Shown: piece by piece, positions 41,851-52,556 of the stretch
How the letters are laid out: every line of letters begins with the position of its first letter
Numbering within the stretch: position 1 is the stretch's first letter
Assembly (NCBI GenBank): GCA_963719315.1
Contig: CAVRBU010000004.1
Span: 320,001-384,000, forward strand
Length of the DNA: 64,000 nucleotides
Source: an uncultured Planctomycetota bacterium
Lineage (GTDB): Bacteria; Planctomycetota; Planctomycetia; Pirellulales; Lacipirellulaceae
Reading direction: 5' to 3'
The notes under the pieces: generated by a model
What the model saw: only the letters and a program-made list of their open reading frames with translations
Told to the model about the DNA's origin: nothing
Databases searched by the model: none
Program-made: the position numbers and the translations under genes

Positions 41851-41934
41851 TAGTTACTCCTGGTTGCCAAAGAACGAGCGCCGGGATTTTCGGCGCGGAG
41901 ATCGAATGTAGCAGATTGGGCGCGGATTTCTAGA

Positions 41935-42590
41935 TTCGATTTTTGGCCGGCGCTCGGCCGCGGGGGATTGTGAACAACCCCAGAATGGCAGGCAGAACTA
42001 ATACGAGCGATCCTGGCTCGGGAATGGCGGGGGAAACGCTGGACCCAGAGGGTATCCCACCAGTGGCAGCCGAACCGGAGCCGGCCGTTTGGCCGAAGTG
42101 GGGCGCGCCATTGGTTGTACTACGCCGTGCCGATGGTGCCGCCGATGGGATCGTTGGCGAGCGCTTTGTTGGTTCCCTGGTTCTTGCGCCAGACGATGTA
42201 GTCGGCGGCGGCGGCGGCGCCGTTCTGGTTGTAGTCTAGCATCGTGTCCGCGACCAACTGAACCGTAAACGTGAAATTGACCGTGGCGTTTCCTGCAGGG
42301 CCCAACGAAATTGGAGAACTGAACGATCCATTGACGGGAATCGACAAAGATTCGCTATTGGGTGCGATCGTCAATGAACCCATTCCGCTTCCTGTGCTGG
42401 CAAGGCCAACCAGCGATTGCGTTCCGACGGCAGTAATGGCGCGATAGGCGATACTATCGCCGGTGAAATCGAGCGAGGTGGTCGGGAGGCCAAAATTGCC
42501 CGCGCCGCTGAGAGTTAGGTCATCGCTCATGAAGTCGGCGGCAATGTCGCGGGCAGCGAGGATCACCGTGAAGCTAATAGCGGGAAATGC
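41935..42590 (-). pseudogene. Truncated PEP-CTERM protein remnant
   Basis: DYNQNGAAAAADYIVWRKN, in-frame TAG at 42120, then YNQWRAHFG...AIPEPGSLVL. No signal peptide. Confidence 0.65.
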
Positions 42591-42725
42591 GGCAGCGGCG
42601 GTAGAATGGCGCCGCTTCGACTCCTCATGAAGTATTTTGTGGAGAGTCAACCTTTTTCCAGCTTCTGGGCAAAATCTTTGTCACAGTCCGCCCCAAAGCG
42701 TGGGTAGTTACCTAGGGAGGCCAAC

Positions 42726-43358
42726 GTGCCTGAACCTTCCGCCGATTCTGCTGAAACGCAGCGACTCCTCATGAGAATCACCTCCGGCGACCGCAACGCC
42801 TTCAACGACCTATTCGCCCGCCACCGCGACGACCTGCGGCGCGTGGTGCAACTGCGGCTCGACCGCCGACTGCAAGCTAGGGTCGACGCCTCCGACGTGA
42901 TCCAGGAGACGCAAGTGGAGGCATTTTGCCGCCTCGACGATTACCTGGAGCGCCGGCCGATGCCCTTCGGTTTATGGCTACGCAAGACGGCTCAAGAGCG
43001 AATCTACAATCACCGCCGCGCCCACCTGCAAACGGCTCGCCGATCCGTCCGCCGCGAACAACCGTTTCCCGATCAGTCGTCGATGATGATCGCCGCGCCG
43101 TTTCTCGCAGGTAGTTCGTCGCCCAGTCGCCGCCTGGTGAAAAGCGACCATAAGCGCCTGGTGAGCGAGGCCGTCGCGGAGCTGGCCGACCTCGACCGCG
43201 AGATTCTCCTGATGCGGAACGTCGAGGGTTTGTCGCAGCCGGAGATCGCCCAGGTGCTCGATCTCAGCCACGACGCGGTCCGCAAGCGATACGGCCGGGC
43301 ACTGGTGAAGCTCCAACGACTGCTGGCTGTCAAAGGGCTGACGGGGGACGAGTTATGA
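42726..43358 (+). CDS. ECF sigma-70 factor, planctomycete kinase-associated type
   Basis: RVDASDVIQET, region 4 DREILLMRNVEGLSQPEIAQVL, overlaps the kinase start. Confidence 0.9.
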   Translation: MPEPSADSAETQRLLMRITSGDRNAFNDLFARHRDDLRRVVQLRLDRRLQARVDASDVIQETQVEAFCRLDDYLERRPMPFGLWLRKTAQERIYNHRRAHLQTARRSVRREQPFPDQSSMMIAAPFLAGSSSPSRRLVKSDHKRLVSEAVAELADLDREILLMRNVEGLSQPEIAQVLDLSHDAVRKRYGRALVKLQRLLAVKGLTGDEL

Positions 43359-46300
43359 AAACCGTCGCCGAAAAATCCGCCGTCGATATTGAATCGCTCG
43401 TCGCCGAAGTAGCCGACCGCTTTACCGACGAGGTGAAGCAAGGGCGTTCTCCCAGCATCGAAGAGTATGCGCAGCGCTATCCGGAAATCGCCCATATCAT
43501 CCGGCAACTGTTTCCCACGCTCGCCATGCTCGACGATCTTTCCGCACCCGTGCCAAACGATGCCACTACCAGCTTGTCCAACAGTGCCGAGGCGGATGGC
43601 CACGTCGCCGGCGTGTTGGGCGACTTCCGCATCCTCCGCGAGCTGGGCCGCGGCGGCATGGGCGTGGTGTACGAAACCGAACAGATTTCGCTCGGTCGCC
43701 GGGTCGCTTTGAAGGTCTTGCCCTTTGCCGCGATGCTCGACAAGCAACAGCTTGCCCGCTTCAAGAACGAAGCCCGCGCCGCCGCCACGCTCGATCACCC
43801 CAATATCGTCGCGATCCACTCCGTCGGCGTCGAGCGCGGCGTCCATTACTACGCGATGCAGCTCGTCGAAGGACGTTCCCTCGCCGAAGTTATCGCGGCA
43901 ATGAAACCCGGTCGTCCCCCGTCGTTAGTGGATGCTACTCTATCCCACCCTCTCCCACCGGGAGAGGGCCGGGGTGAGGGTGTCTTTTCCTTCAATCATT
44001 CGACGGCCGGCGACACGGTCAAGGCAGCGCTGCCCACGGTCCACGCCAAGGGCAGCGCTCCCTTTTCCGCACCCCACGCTCCCAGCTCCTCGCTCCCCGC
44101 ATTCTCCTCCTGCGAATACTTCCGCGCCGTCGCCCAGCTTGGCATCCAAGCTGCCGAAGCGCTCGACGCGGCGCACCAAAGCGGCATCCTTCACCGCGAC
44201 ATCAAGCCGGCCAATTTGATGCTCGATGACGCCGGAAAACTGTGGATCACCGACTTCGGCCTCGCCCGCATCGAAGCCGATGCCGCCCTGACGATGACCG
44301 GCGACCTGTTGGGCACGCTTCGTTACATGAGCCCCGAGCAAGGCATGGCCAACCGCGTCGTCGTCGATCACCGTAGCGACATCTACTCGCTGGGAGTCAC
44401 GCTCTATGAGCTACTCACGCTTCGGCCCGTTTACACGGCGGAAAATCGGCATGAGCTGTTGCGGCAAATCGCATTCGACGAGCCACGCAAACCACGCCAG
44501 TTCAATCCCCGCATCCCGCAAGATTTGGAAACGATCGTGCTCAAAGCGATCGAGAAAAATCCGGCCGATCGGTATGCCACGGCTAAGTTCTTTGCCGACG
44601 ACCTGAGGCGATTCATCGCGAACGAACCCATCAAGGCCCGACCTGCGACGGTGCGTCAGCGGGCCGCGAAATGGTCGCGCCGGCATGTTGGCGCCTTGTG
44701 GACAATGTTACTGGGATCGCTATTTACCGCCGTATTTTTCGGCATCGGTGCAGTCCTAATCGCTAAATCGCGAAACGATGCGAACCTGCAACGGGTGGCC
44801 GCGACCACGGAAAAAGACAAAGCGATCGATCAACGGAATCTGGCCGTTGAGGAGCGCAACAAGGCCCGCCTTAACCAATACTACGCGGATATCGTTTCAG
44901 GGCAGTCGGACTGGGAACATAAGAATGTGAGTAGTCTTCGTAGCAAGCTGATGGAACAGTTGCCGACGCTTGGGGAGCCCGACCACCGGGCTTGGGAATG
45001 GTACTACTTGTTGTCGCTCTGCCATCCCGAAGTCCGCACACTGCGCAACGATTATCGGCTTGTATACGCCGCGTGCAGTCCGGACGGCAATTACATCGGC
45101 GCTGGGGGAATAATTTGGAAAAGTGATTCGGGCGAGCGCGTTCGTAGCTTCGAACTCTCACGCACATTGGAGTTTCGCGCCGCTTGGAGTCCTGATGGAC
45201 AAAAATACGCCTGGGGAATGGATAAAGCCCTTTATGTCTGGGATCGCACGACCGACACAGTTGATCGCTTCGCGGGCCACACAGGAAGCGTCTGGAGTAT
45301 CGCTTGGAGCCCCGATGGAATGCAAATTGCGACCGGATCAATTGACCACTCAGCCAAGATCTGGGATGTGGAGACCAAATCAACCGTTCGCACGATTCCT
45401 GCAGGCATGAATGTCATGAGCGTGGCTTGGAGTCCGGACTCAAAACTACTCGTTGCCGGCGTTCACTACACGGGGATAAAGATATGGGATCTGGCTACCG
45501 GCGAGGTCCTTGCCGACTTGCCCGAGTCACATGAATTTCACAGTGTCTCCTGGCATCCTGAAGGTAAGCTCCTTGGCGTCGTTGAAGACGGCCGTTGGTA
45601 TTTGTTAGACCGCGCAAATTGGCACTTGAAGGTTGAGCATCCGCTCTCGCGCGGCGGCCGGGCCATTGCCTGTAGCCCTGATGGGAAGCAGATCGCGGTG
45701 GCGCACGGCGAAACCATCACGATTTGGGATGCCGAAGGAATGCAGCAAATCGCCGAGTTGAATGGTCATAGAATGTCAGTCAACTCGGTAGCCTGGGCGG
45801 GCGACAGCCGCCATCTGGTCACTTCCTCGAACGATGGCGAGATCAAGCTGTGGGACCTCAAGTCTCAAATTCAGCCTCCCGTGATCTCTTTGGATTCGAC
45901 GGTCGATCGGCTCGACTGGCTCCCGGACAACAAGACGCTTGTGGCCGTCAACAAAAAAGAAGGTTCGGATTGCTTTTGGAACATTAGCGATAGCACGTTG
46001 AAAAAGCACACGATTTCGGTCGAGAAGCCAGTCTGTATTAGTGCCAGTCGCCGCCTTGCCGCCCAGCTTGCCGCCAGCCAGCGAGCCATCAAAATTCTCG
46101 ATATCGCAAGCGGCGATACTCGCTCAGTGCTGCGCCTTCGTCCAGAATACAAGCTGCGTTCCTGCGAGTTTTCTCCCGACGAGTCGAAGCTCGCCCTCAT
46201 AACAGCACATGAGCACAAATTCGTTCTTGATTTCTGGGACATCGACACAGAACATCAAATATCATCGTGGAATTTTGAGGGTGTTTCCGGAACATATTTA

Positions 46301-47590
46301 GAACAGCTCACGTGGGTCAAGGATGGCTCGCGAGTGGCCCTCATAGGATTAGGCGACGTTGGCGACGACGGAACGCCTTATTGGGCTGGCCATCTGCATG
46401 TGATCGATGTTCGCGACGGGAAACGGGTGCTTAAACACCGCGCTAGCGGAGAGGTTAGATCTGCTATAGACTGCCTGGCCTGGAGCCCAGACGGAAAATT
46501 CGTGGCCCTTGGGACGCCGCAGGGGCGTGTCGAAGTCGTCGAGCTTAAGTCTCGCCAAGCTGTGTTCAGCACTAAGGTCCAAAATTCCGGAATCCATGCG
46601 ATAGCCTGGCACCCGGACGGAAAGCGTTTGGCATGCGGATCAAATGACGGCAGCGTTACGCTCATCACTTCTTCCGGCGGCCAGCCGCTGCTCACGTATT
46701 CGCTGGCAGATAAAAGCGGGACCACTGTGGCGTGGAGCGCAGATGGCAAGCGACTTGCTGCAGTGACCAAAGGCGGATCGGCCCAAGTATGGGATGCATC
46801 ACGCGGCTTTGAATTCACGGCCGACGGTCGGCGACGGGCCGAATTGGCGCGAGCGTATTACGTTCAGGCAGGGACTCATTCGGGCGAATCCATGACGCTC
46901 GACCTGCAAATGATGCTGGCACTGGCTCCCGATACGCTAGATTTTTGGAATGGCCGAGGGTGGGCATTCGCTCGCCTCGGCGCTTTCAACCACGCTGCGG
47001 AAGAGTTCTCCAAGACCATTTCGGCCAACCCTCGTTACTCATTCATTGTGGCGATCGACCAAGCGCTCTGTCGATTGGCGACCGGTGATTTGGATCGGTA
47101 TAGAACGGTTTGCGCATCCTTGGTCGAGCTCGTCCGCGACAGCCCGGTGCCCTCCAACAAAGGGCATGTCGCTTGGCTCTGTTCGTTGGCGCCGAATGCA
47201 CCGGTGAACTCGAAGGATTTAATCGCCTTTGCGGACCAAAATAGCGCGGTCGATAATGATTCCGACGATCAAGACCTGCTCACCTTCGGCGCCACTCGTT
47301 TCCGCGATCGGCATTTAGACGAAGCTGTTCGAATATTGACCGACCTGTCCATAAAGCTGGATCGAGGCGGCGACACAATCGACCAATACGAGCTGGCATG
47401 TTGCCGATACTTCCTGGCACTGGCGCGGCACGAACTCGGGCAGGACTTTCAAGCCCGCCGTCTTCAGGCGTTGGCAGATCGCGCGTCCGACGAGTATCAA
47501 CAGATATCACCGGATTGGAGAGAAAAAGTCATCTTGAACGCGCTCCGCCGCGAGGTCGAGACCAAGTTAGGCAAGCGCGACAAAGGCTAA
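43355..47590 (+). CDS. Ser/Thr protein kinase with TM, WD40 repeats and a TPR tail
   Basis: LGRGGMGVVY, HRDIKPAN, DFG, YMSPEQ and multiple AWSPDG/GH...WD repeats. Confidence 0.95.
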   Translation: MKTVAEKSAVDIESLVAEVADRFTDEVKQGRSPSIEEYAQRYPEIAHIIRQLFPTLAMLDDLSAPVPNDATTSLSNSAEADGHVAGVLGDFRILRELGRGGMGVVYETEQISLGRRVALKVLPFAAMLDKQQLARFKNEARAAATLDHPNIVAIHSVGVERGVHYYAMQLVEGRSLAEVIAAMKPGRPPSLVDATLSHPLPPGEGRGEGVFSFNHSTAGDTVKAALPTVHAKGSAPFSAPHAPSSSLPAFSSCEYFRAVAQLGIQAAEALDAAHQSGILHRDIKPANLMLDDAGKLWITDFGLARIEADAALTMTGDLLGTLRYMSPEQGMANRVVVDHRSDIYSLGVTLYELLTLRPVYTAENRHELLRQIAFDEPRKPRQFNPRIPQDLETIVLKAIEKNPADRYATAKFFADDLRRFIANEPIKARPATVRQRAAKWSRRHVGALWTMLLGSLFTAVFFGIGAVLIAKSRNDANLQRVAATTEKDKAIDQRNLAVEERNKARLNQYYADIVSGQSDWEHKNVSSLRSKLMEQLPTLGEPDHRAWEWYYLLSLCHPEVRTLRNDYRLVYAACSPDGNYIGAGGIIWKSDSGERVRSFELSRTLEFRAAWSPDGQKYAWGMDKALYVWDRTTDTVDRFAGHTGSVWSIAWSPDGMQIATGSIDHSAKIWDVETKSTVRTIPAGMNVMSVAWSPDSKLLVAGVHYTGIKIWDLATGEVLADLPESHEFHSVSWHPEGKLLGVVEDGRWYLLDRANWHLKVEHPLSRGGRAIACSPDGKQIAVAHGETITIWDAEGMQQIAELNGHRMSVNSVAWAGDSRHLVTSSNDGEIKLWDLKSQIQPPVISLDSTVDRLDWLPDNKTLVAVNKKEGSDCFWNISDSTLKKHTISVEKPVCISASRRLAAQLAASQRAIKILDIASGDTRSVLRLRPEYKLRSCEFSPDESKLALITAHEHKFVLDFWDIDTEHQISSWNFEGVSGTYLEQLTWVKDGSRVALIGLGDVGDDGTPYWAGHLHVIDVRDGKRVLKHRASGEVRSAIDCLAWSPDGKFVALGTPQGRVEVVELKSRQAVFSTKVQNSGIHAIAWHPDGKRLACGSNDGSVTLITSSGGQPLLTYSLADKSGTTVAWSADGKRLAAVTKGGSAQVWDASRGFEFTADGRRRAELARAYYVQAGTHSGESMTLDLQMMLALAPDTLDFWNGRGWAFARLGAFNHAAEEFSKTISANPRYSFIVAIDQALCRLATGDLDRYRTVCASLVELVRDSPVPSNKGHVAWLCSLAPNAPVNSKDLIAFADQNSAVDNDSDDQDLLTFGATRFRDRHLDEAVRILTDLSIKLDRGGDTIDQYELACCRYFLALARHELGQDFQARRLQALADRASDEYQQISPDWREKVILNALRREVETKLGKRDKG

Positions 47591-47756
47591 GAGTTCCCAA
47601 AAACTATCATTCGATTACAGGTTATTACAGCAACGAGTCAAAAAATCGGCCGGTGAGGCAGAAGCGGGCGAGCAACCTCCTCACCGGCCGGGCACAAGCT
47701 CCAGCGGTCGCGTTGCGCCGGGGCCTACTTGTTTTGATTGTACCGCAACGCACGAA

Positions 47757-47939
47757 TTGCATGCAATCGTGATGAACTATTACCAGTCGGGAGACTTGCC
47801 CACTGATTTTCCCGCGGGCGCGAAAGCATTTACCATTCGTGGCCGCTTCGTGCCGGAGCCGTCATCCGTATCGCTCGCGATCGTGATGTTGATCGGCACG
47901 GCACTACGCGGCAATCGCTTGAGTGTAAACCAAAAATGA
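47757..47939 (+). pseudogene. Isolated PEP-CTERM tail fragment
   Basis: FTIRGRFVPEPSSVSLAIVMLIG with no upstream body. Confidence 0.45.
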
Positions 47940-48002
47940 ACGATTACGATCGCCAACAGATCAAACAACGTATTTGTGATACTTCGAGAAAAGGAGATAG
48001 CA

Positions 48003-50811
48003 ATGCCCCGAAATAACGTGCTCTTCACGAGTCGAACCTTTAGTTCACTATTCCGACGAGGTCGCCTGCGCCGTCAACCGCGGCGGCGGAGTCCATCAGC
48101 CACGCGCGCCAGAGCACGATTCGAAACGCTGGAGGCGCGATTGGCCCTCTCGGTAAACCTGGGATTCGCCGGCGCGTTCGACATCATCGGCGGAAGCGCG
48201 GGCGGCATTTACACCAGTAGCGGACCGAACTCGGGCAAAGGGGACGGATTGGTCACGGACTCGGCCGGAAATCGCTATGTGACCGTCAACGGCGCGTTTC
48301 ATATTAGTAGTTACGATCCATTTGAAGCCAGCGAGAACATAGACCTCGATCCCGGGCCGGGCGTGAACGCTACGAACATGACCGCCGGCCTCGTGAAGCT
48401 CGATCCCAATGGGGCGGTCGTTTGGAAGGCGGCATTTAGCGCGACGGGCGGCGCGGGCGGACCGGTGCGGATCGTTCCTGCCGTCGATGCCAATCAAAAT
48501 GTCTACTTGGTCGGCGATTTCCGCGGCACCGTTGATTTCGACCCCGGCCCGGGCGTGGCCAACGTGACATCGACCGCCAATGGGAACGATTACGCGTTTT
48601 ACATGATGAAGCTGAACAGCTCGGGCCAACTGCAATGGGTCCGTAGCCTCGCGGCTAACGAGCTCACGCCGTTCCGGGTCGACGTGGATGGGGCCGGAAA
48701 TCTCATCGTCGCCTCCAATTTCACGGCCGTGCCGAGTGACCCGCCGATGGACGTCGACGCCGGCCCTGGCCAGTTCCTTGTCCAGGAGAAAGGCGACTAT
48801 GATCTGGTCGTCCTCAAATACAGCACGGATGGCAACTTTGTTTGGGCGCGCCAGTTCGGCAATACGGGGTCATCCCAATACGGCAACGTTCCGACGCTGG
48901 GCGTGAACGCGCAAGGCAACGTCTTCGTCAGCGGCGCGTTCAAAGGAAGCATCGACCTTGACCCGGGGGCGGGCGTGAACACGGTCACCAACAGCGATAC
49001 CACGTTCGACCGTTACTTAGTGCGGCTGGACCCCGCAGGAAATTACGTGTGGGGTTACGCGACGGAGGGCCCCGGGCAAGTTTCGTTTAGAGATATTGCG
49101 TTTCAAGAGGATGGATCGCTCATTCTGGGCGGATTCTTCACCGGCACGACCGACTTTCAGCCTGGGGCTGGAAGCACGTCGCTCACATCGACGGGCACTT
49201 ACTCCAACGGCCTGGTCCTCAAGCTCAATAGCGATTCGTCGGTCGCCTGGGCGCGGCAGTTCGGCGGTTACGGCGAAAATGTTACGGAAGTCGACCTCGA
49301 TGACGCTGGAAACATCTATCTCGGCGGATCATTCGGAAGCATAAGCCAGCCTGGCGCGACGGCCGATTTCGACCCTGGGTCTGGCGTTTACGAACTCGTC
49401 AGGCCGTCAACCTTTGAAACGGCCTATGTGCTCAGTCTTACCAGCGAGGGCGACTTTCGTTGGGCCGTTCCGCTCGGCGGAAACACGGGCCGCAGCCAGG
49501 TCGAAGGGTTGAGCGTCACACCCAACGGCGACGTGCAGATCTCCGGATCGTTTCGAGGAACCGGGGATTTTAATCCTGATCCTGCTTTGGAAACGTGGCT
49601 CGTCAGTACCGGAATAAATCAGACGGTCTTCACCGCCACGCTGACACAAAGCGAACCGAATCCGGGCGCACCGATGGTGGACGCCGGCGAAGGCCAAACC
49701 GTCCTGATCACCGGCACCGCAAACCTCGACGGCACCGTCACCGACGATGGCTTGCCCGGCCCGCTCGTCACGACCTGGAGCCTGCAAAGCGGCGCGGGCA
49801 TAGTCACGTTCGGCAACGCTTCGGCCATCGATACGACGGCGACGTTCAGCACGATCGGCACTTACTTACTGAAGCTCGAAGCGACCGACGGGCAGTTTAC
49901 GACGGCGGACTACGTCCAAATCACGGTGAACCCGCTAACTGCATCGCTAACTGCCACAGCCGATACATACATCGACGGCGGCAGCAAGACCACCAACTTC
50001 GGCGGCTCGACGAATCTCATCGTCGATGGTAAGCCGGATGACGCCACGATCCTGAAATGGGACCTGAGCAGCATTCCGGCCGGCAGCACACTGCAGTCCG
50101 CCGCGCTCTCGATCAACGTAACCAACACGAGCAGCAACTCCTATGAAATCTACGAGGTGAAGCGGAACTGGACGGAATCGCAAGCCACTTGGAAGAAGGC
50201 CGTCAACGGAACCAATTGGCAATCCGCCGGCGCAAGGCGCGCTCGACGCCGGTTCCACCGTGCTGGGCACCATCACGGCAACGGCGACCGGCTTGCGGAC
50301 CATCACGCTCAATGCGGCCGGACTGGCCGTCGTGCAGGGCTGGATCGACAACCAGGCCACGAACTTTGGGTTCATCATTCGAGACTTTGCCAACTCGAAC
50401 AAGGATGACCTGATCTTCGATTCCAAGGAGACGACCGTCGCCGCCAACCGTCCGCAACTCAGCGTAGTCTACAACCCGCCGATGGCACCCCAGTCGCTCA
50501 GGTCGGCTGCAGCAACGGCGAGCGGTACGAGTATTAGCAACGCGTCTGCGCCGCAGTTCGTCCCGACCAGTGCCAGCGGCAAAGCCACCATCGGCTCGAA
50601 GCTCGCGAAAACAGTTTCGCTGGCAGCGACTCAACGCCAGGCGTCCAGCTTGCTGCTGGCGACCGAGCAAGCCTCGAAGCTGCGAAGCGCGTCGGTGGAC
50701 AGTGCCCTCGCAGGCCTCGGTGAGGACACATCGACGGGATGGAGCAAGTCGCTAGACGACGAGTTGCTCCTGGACCTCGCGCTAGCGCAGCCCATGTCAC
50801 TGGCATTGTAA
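48003..50811 (+). CDS. Planctomycete extracellular protein: SBBP beta-propeller, PKD-like and DNRLRE domains (frameshift near 50235)
   Basis: RARFETLEARLALS signal motif, DFDPGPG repeats, PMVDAG...DDGLP and ADTYI...LKWDLSSIP...RPQLSV. Confidence 0.8.
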
Positions 50812-51281
50812 GCTTAGGCGAAGTGGACATCCAAAGTCGCCCTTGGAACAATCCGCCGCCAGCGAGCGAGCGCGCCGCTGGCGGCGAGAGCCAGCCAGGG
50901 AACACTATCTTCATTTTTTATGACACGCCGCTATGAAAGTTCCACAATGATCGGGGCTGGATTTGCTCGGCCAGCCCGCGCTTGGCAACTTCAACGTCGA
51001 ACTCGCATTGGTTGGACCGGCCGTCGATCTGCGCACCGGCCAACTCGGGCGGGCATCCGTCCAAATTCAGGCGATCGTATCCCGGATTCTCTGCGTCCAG
51101 GACCATCTGTTTTAGGTGGCCGGGTTCTTGGTCGTGGTTGTCTTCTCCTTAGCCATCATTCATCCTTCCAATCTTCTTCGTTCGAGCAACATCTTCGAGG
51201 TGCGACGATCGCAACGCGACAACTAGGCCCGCTTCGCCAGTTCGAATCTCATCCGCGGAGGAAATCACGTGAGCATGCAAG

Positions 51282-52343
51282 TTAACGTGCCGCGGAAGGT
51301 CTCGCCGTCGAGTTACGAACAATAAGTTCCGCGGGAACCTTAATCGTGGTCGGCGCATCATCATCGGCAATGATGCCATCGATGCGATCCGTGATGAGTT
51401 TGGCCGCAAGTCGGCCAATTTCGTAAGGTTTTTGACGCATTGTCGTGAGTGGCGGACTCATCGTGTCCGCGAAGTCGAGATCCGCGAACCCGAGAATCGA
51501 AATGTTGCTGGGGATCTTCATTCCCAGTTCACTGGCGACCTGGTAGACAAAGGTCGCCTCATGGTCAGAGACCGCAAAGACGGCAGTCGGACGCAGATCG
51601 TCGCCCAGCAACTCGCGCACTACTTCGAGGCCGTTGCTGCCTTGCGCGTTTAGATGCCAGCTCTTCACTTTGGCATCAGTGCAACGTCGCACCGCCTGTT
51701 CGAACGAGCTACGGCGTTTTATCGCCCAAGTTTGCGAAGGCGTTTCGCGGCTGGAGAGACAAGCGATCCGACGATGCCCGAGATTGAGCAGGTGTTCGGC
51801 AATGGCAAACGTCGCCTGTTCCTCGTCCGTTTCTACCGAGTCGGCCACGGACGAATAATGGTCGATTACGGCAACTGGTACGCGGCGTTCGACGAATTCG
51901 GGGAAGTGGTGGTAATAGGCCACGCTGAACGGCGGCCACATGATGAGCCCATCCACGCGGCGGTCCAATAGCCGATTGATCTGCCGCAGGCCTTCTCCTT
52001 CTTCCTTTTCAAAATGCGGCATGTCGCCGAGATTGCCAATCCAGACAGTAATCGGCAGGTAGTCGCATTCCGCGAGTGCGTCGTGAATGCCGGAGAGCAC
52101 GCTCACCCAAAATGAGTCGAAGGGCGGAATCATCACGCCGATCGTCTGGGTCCGGCCCGTTTGCATGCCGTTGACCAACAAGTTTCGACGCCAACCCAAT
52201 TGACGTGAGGCCTCCAAAACGCGGCGACAGGTTTCTTCGCCAAAGCGTTCGCGGTCGCCACGCAGGATACGAGAAGCGGCGGCCAGCGAGACATTGGCCG
52301 CTTTGGCCACGTCTTTCAATCGCGGGACTTGCGAAGTAGCCAT
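51282..52343 (-). CDS. LacI family transcriptional regulator
   Basis: RLKDVAKAANVSLAAASRIL and ISILGFAD...PPLTTMRQ. Confidence 0.95.
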   Translation of the reverse strand: MATSQVPRLKDVAKAANVSLAAASRILRGDRERFGEETCRRVLEASRQLGWRRNLLVNGMQTGRTQTIGVMIPPFDSFWVSVLSGIHDALAECDYLPITVWIGNLGDMPHFEKEEGEGLRQINRLLDRRVDGLIMWPPFSVAYYHHFPEFVERRVPVAVIDHYSSVADSVETDEEQATFAIAEHLLNLGHRRIACLSSRETPSQTWAIKRRSSFEQAVRRCTDAKVKSWHLNAQGSNGLEVVRELLGDDLRPTAVFAVSDHEATFVYQVASELGMKIPSNISILGFADLDFADTMSPPLTTMRQKPYEIGRLAAKLITDRIDGIIADDDAPTTIKVPAELIVRNSTARPSAAR

Positions 52344-52450
52344 TTTTGTCCACACGGAGTCGAGCGTCGCACAGTAGGCCAATGATGCTCACGACGGTCG
52401 GAGAGCAGTCGGTGAGTGGCTCTTTGGTGGTCGTAGACACCCGCGGACCG

Positions 52451-52476
52451 ACTGGGTAAACTAGTTTACACCCAGT
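52451..52476. promoter_or_regulatory. Palindromic candidate LacI operator
   Basis: ACTGGGTAAACTAGTTTACACCCAGT in the divergent lacI/GH130 spacer. Confidence 0.55.
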
Positions 52477-52556
52477 GTTCATTATTCTCTGCCCCGAACC
52501 GATGTCAATTGGACGTGCGGTTTCTACGGACAGAGTCCTGTCCAAAGTCGTAATCC

